Program-made: the position numbers and the translations under genes
Shown: piece after piece, positions 1-15,802 of the stretch
Numbering within the stretch: position 1 is the first letter of the stretch
How the letters are laid out: the number at the start of each line of letters is the position of its first letter
The notes under the pieces: generated by a model
Databases searched by the model: none
Seen by the model: only the letters and a program-made list of their open reading frames with translations
What the model was told of the DNA's origin: nothing
NCBI GenBank assembly: GCA_964016885.1
Contig: OZ024743.1
Span: 142,724,001-142,788,000, forward strand
Length of the DNA stretch: 64,000 nucleotides
Direction: 5' to 3'
Origin: Eledone cirrhosa
Lineage: Eukaryota

Positions 1-2320
1 AAGCAGCAAGCACCAAACACCAAACACCAAGCACCAAGCACCAAACACCTAACACCAAGCACCAAGCACCATCACCAAGCACCAAACACCAAGCACCAAA
101 CACAAAGCACCAAGCACCAAACACCAAGCACCAAGCACCAAACACCATGCACCAAGCACCAAACACCAAACCCCAAGCACCAAGCACCAAACACCAAACA
201 CCAAGCACCAAAGACCAAGCACCAAGCACCAAGCACCAAACACCAAACCCCAAGCACCAAACACCAAACCCCAAGCACCAAGCACCAAACACTAATCACC
301 AAGCACCAAGCACCAAACAACAAGCACCAAGCACCAAGCACCAGGCACCAAGCACCAAGCACCAAACACTAATCACCAAGCACCAAGCACCAAGCACCAA
401 ACACCAAGCACCAAGCACCAAGCGCCAAACACCAAGCACCAAGCACCAAACACCAAACACCAAGCACCAAAGACCAAGCACCAAGCACCAAGCACCAAAC
501 ACCAAACCCCAAGCACCAAACACCAAACACCAAGCACCAAGCACCAAGCACCAAACAACAAGCACCAAACACCATACACCAAACACCAAGCACCAAGCAC
601 CAAGCACCAAACACCAAGCACCAAACACTAAGCACCAAACACCAAGCCCCAAGCACCAAGCACCAAACACCAAACACCAAGCACCAAGCACCAAACACCA
701 AGCACAAAACACCAAGCACCAAACACCAAACACTAAGTCCCACGCACCAAGCACCAAACACCAAACAGCAAGCACCAAGCACCAAACATCAAGCATCAAG
801 CACCAAGCCCCTAGCACCAAACACCAAACACCAAGCACCAAGCATAAAACACCAAGCACCAATCACCAAGCACCAAACACCAAGCAGCAAGCAGCATGCA
901 CCAAACACAAAACACCAAGCACCAAGCACCAAACACCAAACAACAAGCACCAAGGACCAAACATCAAACACCAAGCACCAAGCACCAAACACCTAACACC
1001 AAGCACCAAGAACCAAGCACCAAACACCAAGCACCAAACACCAAGCACCAAACACCAAATACCAAGCACCAAGCACCAAACACCAAGCACCAAGCACCAA
1101 GCACCAAACACCAAATACCAAACACCAAGCACCAAGAACCAAACACCAAACACCAAACAGCAAGCACCAAGCACCAAACACCAAGCCCCAAACACCAAAC
1201 CCCAAGCACCAATCACCAAACACTAATCACCAAGCACCAAGCACCAAACACCAAGCACCAAGCAGCAAGCACCAAGCACCAAACACCAAGCACCAAGCAG
1301 CAAGCACCAAACACCAAGCACCAAGCACCAAGCACCAAACACCAAGCACCAAGCACCAAACACCAAAACCCAAGCACCAAAGACCAAGCACCAAGCACCA
1401 AGGACCAAACACCAAGCACCAAGCACCAAGCACCAAACACCAAGCACCAAGCACCAAACACCCAGCACCAAGCACCAAGCACCAAACACCAAGCACCAAA
1501 CACCAAACACCAAGCACCAAGCACCAAACAGCAAGCACCAAACACCAAACACCAAACAGCAAACACCAAACAGCAAACACCAACCACCAAACAGCAAACA
1601 GCAAACGCCAAACACCAAGCACCAAGCACCAAGCACCAAACACCAAGCACCAAGCACCAAGCACAAAACACCAAACACCAAGCACCAAGGACGAAACATC
1701 AAACACCAAGCACCAAGCACCAAACACCAAACACCAAGCACCAAGCACCAAGCACCAAACAACAAGCACCAAACACCAAGCACCAAACACCAAACACCAA
1801 GCACCAGGCACCAAGCACCAAACACCAAGCACCAAGCACCAAGCACCAAACACCAAACACCAAGCACCAAGCACCAAGCACCGAACACCAAGTACCAAAC
1901 ACCAAGCACCAAACAACCAAGCACCAAACACCAAACACCAAGCACCAGGCACCAAGCACCAAACACCAAGCACCAAACACCAAGCACCAAACACCAAGTC
2001 CCACGCACCAAGCCCCAAACACCAAACACCAAGCACCAAGCACCAAACACGAAACACCAAGCACCAAGCCCCTAGCACCAAACACCAAGCAGCAAGCAGC
2101 AAGCACCAAACACCAAACACCAAGCACCAAGCACCAAACACCAAACACCAAGCACCAAGCACAAAATACCAAACACCAAGCACAATGGACCAAACATCAA
2201 ACACCAAGCACCAAGGACCAAACGCCTAACACCAAGCACCAAGCACCAAGCACCAAGCACCAAACACCAAGCACCAATCACCAAACACCAAACACCAAGC
2301 ACCGAACACCAAGCACCAGG

Positions 2321-5300
2321 CACCAAACACCAAACACCAAGCACCAAGCACCAAACACCAAACACCAAGACCGAAGCACCGAACACCAAGCACCAAAATC
2401 CTAACACAAAACACCAAGCACCAAGCAGCAAGCACCAAGCACCAAACACCAAGCACCAAGCACCAAGCACCAAACACTAATCACCAAGCACCAAGCACCA
2501 AACATCAAGCACCAAGCACCAAGCACCAGGCACCAAGCACCAAGCACCAAACACTAATCACCAAGCACCAAACACCAAGCACCAAACACCAAGCACCAAG
2601 CACCAAGCGCCAAACACCAGGCACCAAGCACCAAACACCAAACACCAAGCACCAAAGACCAAGCACCAAGCACCAAGCACCAAGCACCAAACAATAAGCA
2701 CCAAGCACCAAGCACCAAACACCAAACACCAACCACCCAGCACCCAGCACCAAGCACCAAACACCAAGCACCAAACACCAAACACCAAACACCAGGCACC
2801 AAGCACCAAGCACCAAACACCAAGCACCAAACACTAAGCACCAAAGACCAAGCCCCAAGCACCAAGCACCAAACACCAAACACCAAGCACCAAGCACCAA
2901 ACACCAAGCACCAAACACCAAGCACCAAACACCAAACACTAAGTCCCACGCACCAAGCACCAAACACCAAACAGCAAGCACCAAGCACCAAACACCAAGC
3001 ATCAAGCACCAAGCCCCTAGCAGCAAACACCAAACACCAAGCACCAAGCACAAAACACCAAGCACCAATCACCAAGCACCAAACACCAAGCAGCAAGCAG
3101 CAAGCACCAAACACCAAACACCAAGCACGAAGCACCAAACACCAAACAACAAGCACCAAGGACCAAACATCAAACACCAAGCACCAAGCAACAAACACCT
3201 AACACCAAGCACCAAGCACCAAGCACCAAGCACCAAACACCAAGCACCAAACACCAAGCACCAAGCACCAAGTACCAAACACCAAACACCAAGCACCAAA
3301 CACCAAACACCAAGCACCAAGCACCAAGCACGAAACACCAGGCACCAAGCACCAAGCACCAAACTGCAAACACCAAGCACCAAGCACCAGCCACCAAGCA
3401 CCAAGCACCAAACACCAAACACCAAGCACTAAGCACCAAACACCAAACAACAAGCCCCAGGCACCAAGCACCAAACACCAAACACCAAGACCGAAGCACC
3501 AAACACCAAGCACGAAACTCCAAACACAAAACACCAAGCACCAAGCAGCAAGCACCAAACACCAAACACCAAGCACCAAGCACCAAACACCAAACACCAA
3601 GCACCAAGAACCTAACATCAAACACCAATCACCAAGCACCAAACACCTAACACCAAGAACCAAGCACCAAGCACCAAGCACCAAACACCAAGCACCAAAC
3701 ACAAAGCACCAAGCACCAAACACCAAGCACCAAGCACCAAACACCAAACCCAAAGTACCAAGCACCAAACACTAATCACCAAGCACCAAGCACCAAACAT
3801 CAAGCACCAAGCACCAAGCACCAGGCACCAAGCACCAAGCACCAAACACTAATCACCAAGCACCAAACACCAAGCACCAAACACCAAGCACCAAGCACCA
3901 AGCGCCAAACACCAGGCCCCAAGTACCAAACACCAAACACCAAGCACCAAAGACCAAGCACCAAGCACCAAGCACCAAGCACCAAACAATAAGCACCAAG
4001 CACCAAGCACCAAACACCAAACACCAACCACCCAGCACCAAGCACCAAGCACCAAACACCAAGCACCAAACAACAAGCACCAAGCACCAAGCACCAGGCA
4101 CCAAGCACCAAGCACCAAACACTAATCACCAAGCACCAAGCACCAAGCACCAAGCACCAAACACCAAGCACCAAGCACCAAGCGCCAAACACCAAGCACC
4201 AAGCACCAAACACCAAACCCCAAGCACCAAACACCAAACCGCAAGCACCAAGCACCAAACACTAATCACCAAGCACCAAGCACCAAACAACAAGCACCAA
4301 GCACCAAGAAGCAGGCACCAAGCACCAAGCACCAAACACAAAACACCAAGCACCAAGCACCAAGCAGCAAACACCAAGCATCAAACACCAAGCACCAAAC
4401 ACCAAGCACCAAACACCAAACACCAAGCACCAAGCACCAAACACCAAACACCAAGACCGAAGCACCGAACACCAAGCACCAAAATCCTAACACAAAACAC
4501 CAAGCACCAAGCAGCAAGCACCAAGCACCAAACACCAAGCACCAAGCACCAAGCACCAAACACTAATCACCAAGCACCAAGCACCAAACATCAAGCACCA
4601 AGCACCAAGCACCAGGCACCAAGCACCAAGCACCAAACACTAATCACCAAGCACCAAACACCAAGCACCAAACACCAAGCACCAAGCACCAAGCGCCAAA
4701 CACCAGGCACCAAGCACCAAACACCAAACACCAAGCACCAAAGACCAAGCACCAAGCACCAAGCACCAAGCACCAAACAATAAGCACCAAGCACCAAGCA
4801 CCAAACACCAAACACCAACCACCCAGCACCCAGCACCAAGCACCAAACACCAAGCACCAAACACCAAACACCAAACACCAGGCACCAAGCACCAAGCACC
4901 AAACACCAAGCACCAAACACTAAGCACCAAAGACCAAGCCCCAAGCACCAAGCACCAAACACCAAACACCAAGCACCAAGCACCAAACACCAAGCACCAA
5001 ACACCAAGCACCAAACACCAAACACTAAGTCCCACGCACCAAGCACCAAACACCAAACAGCAAGCACCAAGCACCAAACACCAAGCATCAAGCACCAAGC
5101 CCCTAGCAGCAAACACCAAACACCAAGCACCAAGCACAAAACACCAAGCACCAATCACCAAGCACCAAACACCAAGCAGCAAGCAGCAAGCACCAAACAC
5201 CAAACACCAAGCACGAAGCACCAAACACCAAACAACAAGCACCAAGGACCAAACATCAAACACCAAGCACCAAGCAACAAACACCTAACACCAAGCACCA

Positions 5301-6500
5301 AGCACCAAGCACCAAGCACCAAACACCAAGCACCAAACACCAAGCACCAAGCACCAAGTACCAAACACCAAACACCAAGCACCAAACACCAAACACCAAG
5401 CACCAAGCACCAAGCACGAAACACCAGGCACCAAGCACCAAGCACCAAACTGCAAACACCAAGCACCAAGCACCAGCCACCAAGCACCAAGCACCAAACA
5501 CCAAACACCAAGCACTAAGCACCAAACACCAAACAACAAGCCCCAGGCACCAAGCACCAAACACCAAACACCAAGACCGAAGCACCAAACACCAAGCACC
5601 AAACTCCAAACACAAAACACCAAGCACCAAGCAGCAAGCACCAAACACCAAACACCAAGCACCAAGCACCAAACACCAAACACCAAGCACCAAGAACCTA
5701 ACATCAAACACCAATCACCAAGCACCAAACACCTAACACCAAGAACCAAGCACCAAGCACCAAGCACCAAACACCAAGCACCAAACACAAAGCACCAAGC
5801 ACCAAACACCAAGCACCAAGCACCAAACACCAAACCCAAAGTACCAAGCACCAAACACTAATCACCAAGCACCAAGCACCAAACATCAAGCACCAAGCAC
5901 CAAGCACCAGGCACCAAGCACCAAGCACCAAACACTAATCACCAAGCACCAAACACCAAGCACCAAACACCAAGCACCAAGCACCAAGCGCCAAACACCA
6001 GGCCCCAAGTACCAAACACCAAACACCAAGCACCAAAGACCAAGCACCAAGCACCAAGCACCAAGCACCAAACAATAAGCACCAAGCACCAAGCACCAAA
6101 CACCAAACACCAACCACCCAGCACCAAGCACCAAGCACCAAACACCAAGCACCAAACAACAAGCACCAAGCACCAAGCACCAGGCACCAAGCACCAAGCA
6201 CCAAACACTAATCACCAAGCACCAAGCACCAAGCACCAAGCACCAAACACCAAGCACCAAGCACCAAGCGCCAAACACCAAGCACCAAGCACCAAACACC
6301 AAACCCCAAGCACCAAACACCAAACCGCAAGCACCAAGCACCAAACACTAATCACCAAGCACCAAGCACCAAACAACAAGCACCAAGCACCAAGAAGCAG
6401 GCACCAAGCACCAAGCACCAAACACAAAACACCAAGCACCAAGCACCAAGCAGCAAACACCAAGCATCAAACACCAAGCACCAAACACCAAGCACCAAAC
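2321..6500. repeat. Higher-order tandem duplication, unit 2086 bp (298 monomers), 2 copies
   Basis: The rare marker 'accgaag caccgaa caccaag caccaaa atcctaa' recurs at an offset of 2086 (T at 2399 and 4485). ORF-track entries repeat at the same offset (2505/4591, 3069/5155, 3800/5886, 4126/6212). One difference seen: cacgaaa 3511 vs caccaaa 5597. Confidence 0.9.
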
Positions 6501-9500
6501 ACCAAGCACCAAGCACCAAACACCTAACACCAAGCACCAAGCACCAAACACCAGATACCAACCACCAAGCACCAAACGCCAAACACCATACACCAAGCAC
6601 CAAGCACCAAACACCAAACAACAAGCACCAGGCACCAAGCTCCAAATACCAAACACCAAGCACCAAGCACCAAACACCAAACACCAAGCACGCAGCATCA
6701 AACACCAAGCACCAAACACCAAGCACCAAGCACCAAGCACCAAGTACCAAACACCAAACACCAAGCACCAAACACAAGACACCAAGCACCAAGCACCAAG
6801 CACGAAACACAAGGCACCAAGCACCAAACACCAAACTCCAAACACCAAGCACCAAACACCAGCCACCAAGCACCAAGCACCAAACACCAAACACCAACCA
6901 CTAAGCACCAAACACCAAACAACAAGCACCAGGCACCAAGCACCAAGCACCAAACTCCAAACACCAAGCACCAAGCACCAAGCACCAAACTCCAAGCACC
7001 AAGCACCAAACACCAAACCCCATGCACCAAACACCAAACACCAAGCACCAAGCACCAAACACCAAGCACCAAGCAGCAAGCACCAAGCACCAAACACCAA
7101 ACCCCAAGCACCAAACACCAAACCGCAAGCACCAAGCACCAAACACTAATCACCAAGTACCAAGCACCAAACACAAAACACCAAGCACCAAGCACCAAGC
7201 ACCAAACACCAAGCACCAAGCACCAAGCACCAAACACCAAATACCAAACACCAAGCACCAAGAACCAAACACCAAACACCAAACAGCAAGCACCAAGCAC
7301 CAAACACCAAGCACCAAACACCAAACCCCAAGCACCAAACACCAAGCACCAAGCACCAAGCACCAAACACCAAACACCAAACACCAAGCACCAAGAACCA
7401 AACACCAAACACCAAACAGCAAGCACCAAGCACCAAGCACCAAGCACCAAGGACCAAACACCAAGCACCAAGCACCAAGCACCAAACACCAAGCACCAAG
7501 CACCAAACACCCACCACCAAACACCAAACAGCAAGCACCAAGCACCAAACACCAAGCCCCAAACACCAAACCCCAAGCACCAATCACCAAACACTAATCA
7601 CCAAGCACCAAGCACCAAACACCAAGCACCAAGCAGCAAGCACCAAACACCAGGCACCAAGCACCAAGCACCAAACACCAAGCACCAAGCACCAAACACC
7701 AAAACCCAAGCACCAAAGACCAAGCACCAAGCACCAAGGACCAAACACCAAGCACCAAGCACCAAGCACCAAACACCAAGCACCAAGCACCAAACACCCA
7801 GCACCAAGCACCAAGCACCAAACACCAAGCACCAAACACCAAACACCAAGCACCAAGCACCAAACAGCAAGCACCAAACACCAAACACCAAACAGCAAAC
7901 ACCAAACAGCAAACACCAACCACCAAACAGCAAACAGCAAACGCCAAACACCAAGCACCAAGCACCAAGCACCAAACACCAAGCACCAAGCACCAAGCAC
8001 ACAACACCAAACACCAAGCACCAAGGACCAAACATCAAACACCAAGCACCAAGCACCAAACACCAAACACCAAGCACCAAGCACCAAGCACCAAGCACCG
8101 AAAACCAAGCACCAAACAACAAGCACCAAACATCAAGCACCAAACACCAAACACCAAGCACCCGGCACCAAGCACCAAACACCAAGCACCAAACACCAAG
8201 CACCAAACACCAAGTCCCACGCACCAAGCACCAAACACCAAACACCAAGCACCAAGCACCAAACACGAAACACCAAGCACCAAGCCCCTAGCACCAAACA
8301 CCAAGCAGCAAGCAGCAAGCACCAAACACCAAACACCAAGCACCAAGCACCAAACACCAAACACCAAGCACCAAGCACAAAATACCAAACACCAAGCACA
8401 ATGGACCAAACATCAAACACCAAGCACCAAGCACCAAACGCCTAACACCAAGCACCAAGCACCAAGCACCAAGCACCAAACACCAAGCACCAATCACCAA
8501 ACACCAAACACCAAGCACCGAACACCAAGCACCAGGCACCAAACACCAAACACCAAGCACCAAGCACCAAACACCAAACACCAAGACCGAAGCACCAAAC
8601 ACCAAGCACCAAAGTCCAAACACAAAACACCAATCACCAAGCAGCAAGCACCAAACACCAAACACCAAGCACCAAACACCAAACACCAAGCACCAAGCAC
8701 CAAACACCAAGCACCAAACTGCAAACACCAAGCACCAAGCACCAGCCACCAAGCACCAAGCACCAAACACCAAACACCAAGCACTAAGCACCAAACACCA
8801 AACAACAAGCCCCAGGCACCAAGCACCAAACACCAAACACCAAGACCGAAGCACCAAACACCAAACACCAAGCACCAAGAACCTAACATCAAACACCAAT
8901 CACCAAGCACCAAACACCTAACACCAAGAACCAAGCACCAAGCACCAAGCACCAAACACCAAGCACCAAACACAAAGCACCAAGCGCCAAACACCAAGCA
9001 CCAAGCACCAAACACCAAGCACCAAGCACCAAACACCAAACCCCAAGCACCAAACACCAAACCCAAAGCACCAAGCACCAAACACTAATCACCAAGCACC
9101 AAGCACCAAACATCAAGCACCAAGCACCAAGCACCAGGCACCAAGCACCAAGCACCAAACACTAATCACCAAGCACCAAACACCAAGCACCAAACACCAA
9201 GCACCAAGCACCAAGCGCCAAACACCAGGCCCCAAGTACCAAACACCAAACACCAAGCACCAAAGACCAAGCACCAAGCACCAAGCACCAAGCACCAAAC
9301 AATAAGCACCAAGCACCAAGCACCAAACACCAAACACCAACCACCCAGCACCAAGCACCAAGCACCAAACACCAAGCACCAAACAACAAGCACCAAGCAC
9401 CAAGCACCAGGCACCAAGCACCAAGCACCAAACACTAATCACCAAGCACCAAGCACCAAGCACCAAGCACCAAACACCAAGCACCAAGCACCAAGCGCCA

Positions 9501-12500
9501 AACACCAAGCACCAAGCACCAAACACCAAACACCAAGCACCAAACACCAAGCCCCAAGCACTAAGCACCAAACACCAAACACCAAGCACCAAGCACCAAA
9601 CACCAAGCACCAAACACCAAGCACCAAACAATAAGCACCAAGCACCAAGCACCAAACACCAAACACCAACCACCCAGCACCCAGCACCAAGCACCAAACA
9701 CCAAGCACCAAACACCAAACACCAAACACCAGGCACCAAGCACCAAGCACCAAACACCAAGCACCAAACACTAAGCACCAAAGACCAAGCCCCAAGCACC
9801 AAGCACCAAACACCAAACACCAAGCACCAAGCACCAAACACCAAGCACCAAACACCAAGCACCAAACACCAAACACTAAGTCCCACGCACCAAGCACCAA
9901 ACACCAAACAGCAAGCACCAAGCACCAAACACCAAGCATCAAGCACCAAGCCCCTAGCAGCAAACACCAAACACCAAGCACCAAGCACAAAACACCAAGC
10001 ACCAATCACCAAGCACCAAACACCAAGCAGCAAGCAGCAAGCACCAAACACCAAACACCAAGCACGAAGCACCAAACACCAAACAACAAGCACCAAGGAC
10101 CAAACATCAAACACCAAGCACCAAGCAACAAACACCTAACACCAAGCACCAAGCACCAAGCACCAAGCACCAAACACCAAGCACCAAACACCAAGCACCA
10201 AGCACCAAGTACCAAACACCAAACACCAAGCACCAAACACCAAACACCAAGCACCAAGCACCAAGCACGAAACACCAGGCACCAAGCACCAAGCACCAAA
10301 CTGCAAACACCAAGCACCAAGCACCAGCCACCAAGCACCAAGCACCAAACACCAAACACCAAGCACTAAGCACCAAACACCAAACAACAAGCCCCAGGCA
10401 CCAAGCACCAAACACCAAACACCAAGACCGAAGCACCAAACACCAAGCACCAAACTCCAAACACAAAACACCAAGCACCAAGCAGCAAGCACCAAACACC
10501 AAACACCAAGCACCAAGCACCAAACACCAAACACCAAGCACCAAGAACCTAACATCAAACACCAATCACCAAGCACCAAACACCTAACACCAAGAACCAA
10601 GCACCAAGCACCAAGCACCAAACACCAAGCACCAAACACAAAGCACCAAGCACCAAACACCAAGCACCAAGCACCAAACACCAAACCCAAAGTACCAAGC
10701 ACCAAACACTAATCACCAAGCACCAAGCACCAAACATCAAGCACCAAGCACCAAGCACCAGGCACCAAGCACCAAGCACCAAACACTAATCACCAAGCAC
10801 CAAACACCAAGCACCAAACACCAAGCACCAAGCACCAAGCGCCAAACACCAGGCCCCAAGTACCAAACACCAAACACCAAGCACCAAAGACCAAGCACCA
10901 AGCACCAAGCACCAAGCACCAAACAATAAGCACCAAGCACCAAGCACCAAACACCAAACACCAACCACCCAGCACCAAGCACCAAGCACCAAACACCAAG
11001 CACCAAACAACAAGCACCAAGCACCAAGCACCAGGCACCAAGCACCAAGCACCAAACACTAATCACCAAGCACCAAGCACCAAGCACCAAGCACCAAACA
11101 CCAAGCACCAAGCACCAAGCGCCAAACACCAAGCACCAAGCACCAAACACCAAACCCCAAGCACCAAACACCAAACCGCAAGCACCAAGCACCAAACACT
11201 AATCACCAAGCACCAAGCACCAAACAACAAGCACCAAGCACCAAGAAGCAGGCACCAAGCACCAAGCACCAAACACAAAACACCAAGCACCAAGCACCAA
11301 GCAGCAAACACCAAGCATCAAACACCAAGCACCAAACACCAAGCACCAAACACCAAGCACCAAGCACCAAACACCTAACACCAAGCACCAAGCACCAAAC
11401 ACCAGATACCAACCACCAAGCACCAAACGCCAAACACCATACACCAAGCACCAAGCACCAAACACCAAACAACAAGCACCAGGCACCAAGCTCCAAATAC
11501 CAAACACCAAGCACCAAGCACCAAACACCAAACACCAAGCACGCAGCATCAAACACCAAGCACCAAACACCAAGCACCAAGCACCAAGCACCAAGTACCA
11601 AACACCAAACACAAGACACCAAGCACCAAGCACCAAGCACGAAACACAAGGCACCAAGCACCAAACACCAAACTCCAAACACCAAGCACCAAACACCAGC
11701 CACCAAGCACCAAGCACCAAACACCAAACACCAACCACTAAGCACCAAACACCAAACAACAAGCACCAGGCACCAAGCACCAAGCACCAAACTCCAAACA
11801 CCAAGCACCAAGCACCAAGCACCAAACTCCAAGCACCAAGCACCAAACACCAAACCCCATGCACCAAACACCAAACACCAAGCACCAAGCACCAAACACC
11901 AAGCACCAAGCAGCAAGCACCAAGCACCAAACACCAAACCCCAAGCACCAAACACCAAACCGCAAGCACCAAGCACCAAACACTAATCACCAAGTACCAA
12001 GCACCAAACACAAAACACCAAGCACCAAGCACCAAGCACCAAACACCAAGCACCAAGCACCAAGCACCAAACACCAAATACCAAACACCAAGCACCAAGA
12101 ACCAAACACCAAACACCAAACAGCAAGCACCAAGCACCAAACACCAAGCACCAAACACCAAACCCCAAGCACCAAACACCAAGCACCAAGCACCAAGCAC
12201 CAAACACCAAACACCAAACACCAAGCACCAAGAACCAAACACCAAACACCAAACAGCAAGCACCAAGCACCAAGCACCAAGCACCAAGGACCAAACACCA
12301 AGCACCAAGCACCAAGCACCAAACACCAAGCACCAAGCACCAAACACCCACCACCAAACACCAAACAGCAAGCACCAAGCACCAAACACCAAGCCCCAAA
12401 CACCAAACCCCAAGCACCAATCACCAAACACTAATCACCAAGCACCAAGCACCAAACACCAAGCACCAAGCAGCAAGCACCAAACACCAGGCACCAAGCA

Positions 12501-14458
12501 CCAAGCACCAAACACCAAGCACCAAGCACCAAACACCAAAACCCAAGCACCAAAGACCAAGCACCAAGCACCAAGGACCAAACACCAAGCACCAAGCACC
12601 AAGCACCAAACACCAAGCACCAAGCACCAAACACCCAGCACCAAGCACCAAGCACCAAACACCAAGCACCAAACACCAAACACCAAGCACCAAGCACCAA
12701 ACAGCAAGCACCAAACACCAAACACCAAACAGCAAACACCAAACAGCAAACACCAACCACCAAACAGCAAACAGCAAACGCCAAACACCAAGCACCAAGC
12801 ACCAAGCACCAAACACCAAGCACCAAGCACCAAGCACACAACACCAAACACCAAGCACCAAGGACCAAACATCAAACACCAAGCACCAAGCACCAAACAC
12901 CAAACACCAAGCACCAAGCACCAAGCACCAAGCACCGAACACCAAGCACCAAACAACAAGCACCAAACATCAAGCACCAAACACCAAACACCAAGCACCC
13001 GGCACCAAGCACCAAACACCAAGCACCAAACACCAAGCACCAAACACCAAGTCCCACGCACCAAGCACCAAACACCAAACACCAAGCACCAAGCACCAAA
13101 CACGAAACACCAAGCACCAAGCCCCTAGCACCAAACACCAAGCAGCAAGCAGCAAGCACCAAACACCAAACACCAAGCACCAAGCACCAAACACCAAACA
13201 CCAAGCACCAAGCACAAAATACCAAACACCAAGCACAATGGACCAAACATCAAACACCAAGCACCAAGCACCAAACGCCTAACACCAAGCACCAAGCACC
13301 AAGCACCAAGCACCAAACACCAAGCACCAATCACCAAACACCAAACACCAAGCACCGAACACCAAGCACCAGGCACCAAACACCAAACACCAAGCACCAA
13401 GCACCAAACACCAAACACCAAGACCGAAGCACCAAACACCAAGCACCAAAGTCCAAACACAAAACACCAATCACCAAGCAGCAAGCACCAAACACCAAAC
13501 ACCAAGCACCAAACACCAAACACCAAGCACCAAGCACCAAACACCAAGCACCAAACTGCAAACACCAAGCACCAAGCACCAGCCACCAAGCACCAAGCAC
13601 CAAACACCAAACACCAAGCACTAAGCACCAAACACCAAACAACAAGCCCCAGGCACCAAGCACCAAACACCAAACACCAAGACCGAAGCACCAAACACCA
13701 AACACCAAGCACCAAGAACCTAACATCAAACACCAATCACCAAGCACCAAACACCTAACACCAAGAACCAAGCACCAAGCACCAAGCACCAAACACCAAG
13801 CACCAAACACAAAGCACCAAGCGCCAAACACCAAGCACCAAGCACCAAACACCAAGCACCAAGCACCAAACACCAAACCCCAAGCACCAAACACCAAACC
13901 CAAAGCACCAAGCACCAAACACTAATCACCAAGCACCAAGCACCAAACATCAAGCACCAAGCACCAAGCACCAGGCACCAAGCACCAAGCACCAAACACT
14001 AATCACCAAGCACCAAACACCAAGCACCAAACACCAAGCACCAAGCACCAAGCGCCAAACACCAGGCCCCAAGTACCAAACACCAAACACCAAGCACCAA
14101 AGACCAAGCACCAAGCACCAAGCACCAAGCACCAAACAATAAGCACCAAGCACCAAGCACCAAACACCAAACACCAACCACCCAGCACCAAGCACCAAGC
14201 ACCAAACACCAAGCACCAAACAACAAGCACCAAGCACCAAGCACCAGGCACCAAGCACCAAGCACCAAACACTAATCACCAAGCACCAAGCACCAAGCAC
14301 CAAGCACCAAACACCAAGCACCAAGCACCAAGCGCCAAACACCAAGCACCAAGCACCAAACACCAAACACCAAGCACCAAACACCAAGCCCCAAGCACTA
14401 AGCACCAAACACCAAACACCAAGCACCAAGCACCAAACACCAAGCACCAGACACCAAG
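4771..14458. repeat. Higher-order tandem duplication, unit ~4.84-4.85 kb (691-693 monomers), 2 copies
   Basis: The offset is 4851 in the first part (caataag 4778/9629; ORFs 5155/10006, 6212/11063). It becomes 4837 after a 14-bp (two-monomer) deletion near 11610 (ORFs 7022/11859, 8035/12872, 9162/13999; cactaag 9559/14396). This block overlaps the second copy of the 2086-bp unit. Confidence 0.9.
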
Positions 14459-15802
14459 CACCAAACACCAAACACTAAGTCCCACGCACCAAGCACCAAA
14501 CACCGAACAGCAAGCACCAAGCACCAAACACCAAGCATCAAACACCAAGCCCCTAGCACCAAACACCAAACGCCAAGCACCAAGCACAAAACACCAAACA
14601 ACAAGCACCAAGGACCAAACACCTAACACCAAGCACCAAGCACCAAGCACCAAGCACCAATCACCAAACACCAAGCACCAAACACCAAGCACCAAGCACC
14701 AAGTACCAAACACCAAACACCAAACACCAAACACCAAACACCAAGCACCAAGCACCAAGCACGAAACACCAGGCACCAAGCACCAAGCACCAAACTCCAA
14801 ACACCAAGCACCAAGCACCAGCCACCAAGCACCAAGCACCAAACACCAAACACCAAGCACTAAGCACCAAACACCAAACAACAAGCCCCAGGCACCAAGC
14901 ACCAAACACCAAACACCAAGCACGCAGCACCAAACACCAAGCACCAAGCACCAAGCACCAAACACCAAGCACCAAGCACCAAGCACCAAACACCAAACAC
15001 CAAACACCAACCACCAAGAACCAAACACCAAACAGCAAGCACCAAGCACCAAACACCAGGCACCAAACACCAAACCCCAAGCACCAATCACCAAACACTA
15101 ATCACCAAGCACCAAGCACCAAACACCAAGCACCAAGCACCAAGCACCAAACACCAAACACCAAACACCAAGCACCAAGAACCAAACACCAAACACCAAA
15201 CAGCAAGCACCAAGCACCAAGCACCAAGCACCAAGCACCAAGCACCAAGCACCAAACACCAAGCACCAATCACCAAACACCAAACACCAAGCACCGAACA
15301 CCAAGCACCAGGCACCAAACACCAAACACCAAGCACCAAGCACCAAACACCAAACACAAAGACCGAAGCACCAAACACCAAGCACCAAAGTCCAAACACA
15401 AAACACCAATCACCAAGCAGCAAGCACCAAACACCAAACACCAAGCACCAAACACCAAACACCAAGCACCAAGCACCAAGCACGAAACACCAGGCACCAA
15501 GCACCAAGCACCAAACTGCAAACACCAAGCACCAAGCACCAGCCACCAAGCACCAAGCACCAGCCACCAAACACCAAGCACTAAGCACCAAACACCAAAC
15601 AACAAGCCCCAGGCACCAAGCACCAAACACCAAACACCAAGACCGAAGCACCAAACACCAAGCACCAAACTCCAAACACAAAACACCGAGCACCAAGCAG
15701 CAAGCACCAAACACCAAACACCAAGCACCAAGCACCAAACACCAAACACCAAGCACCAAGAACCTGACATCAAACACCAATCACCAAGCACCAAACACCT
15801 AA

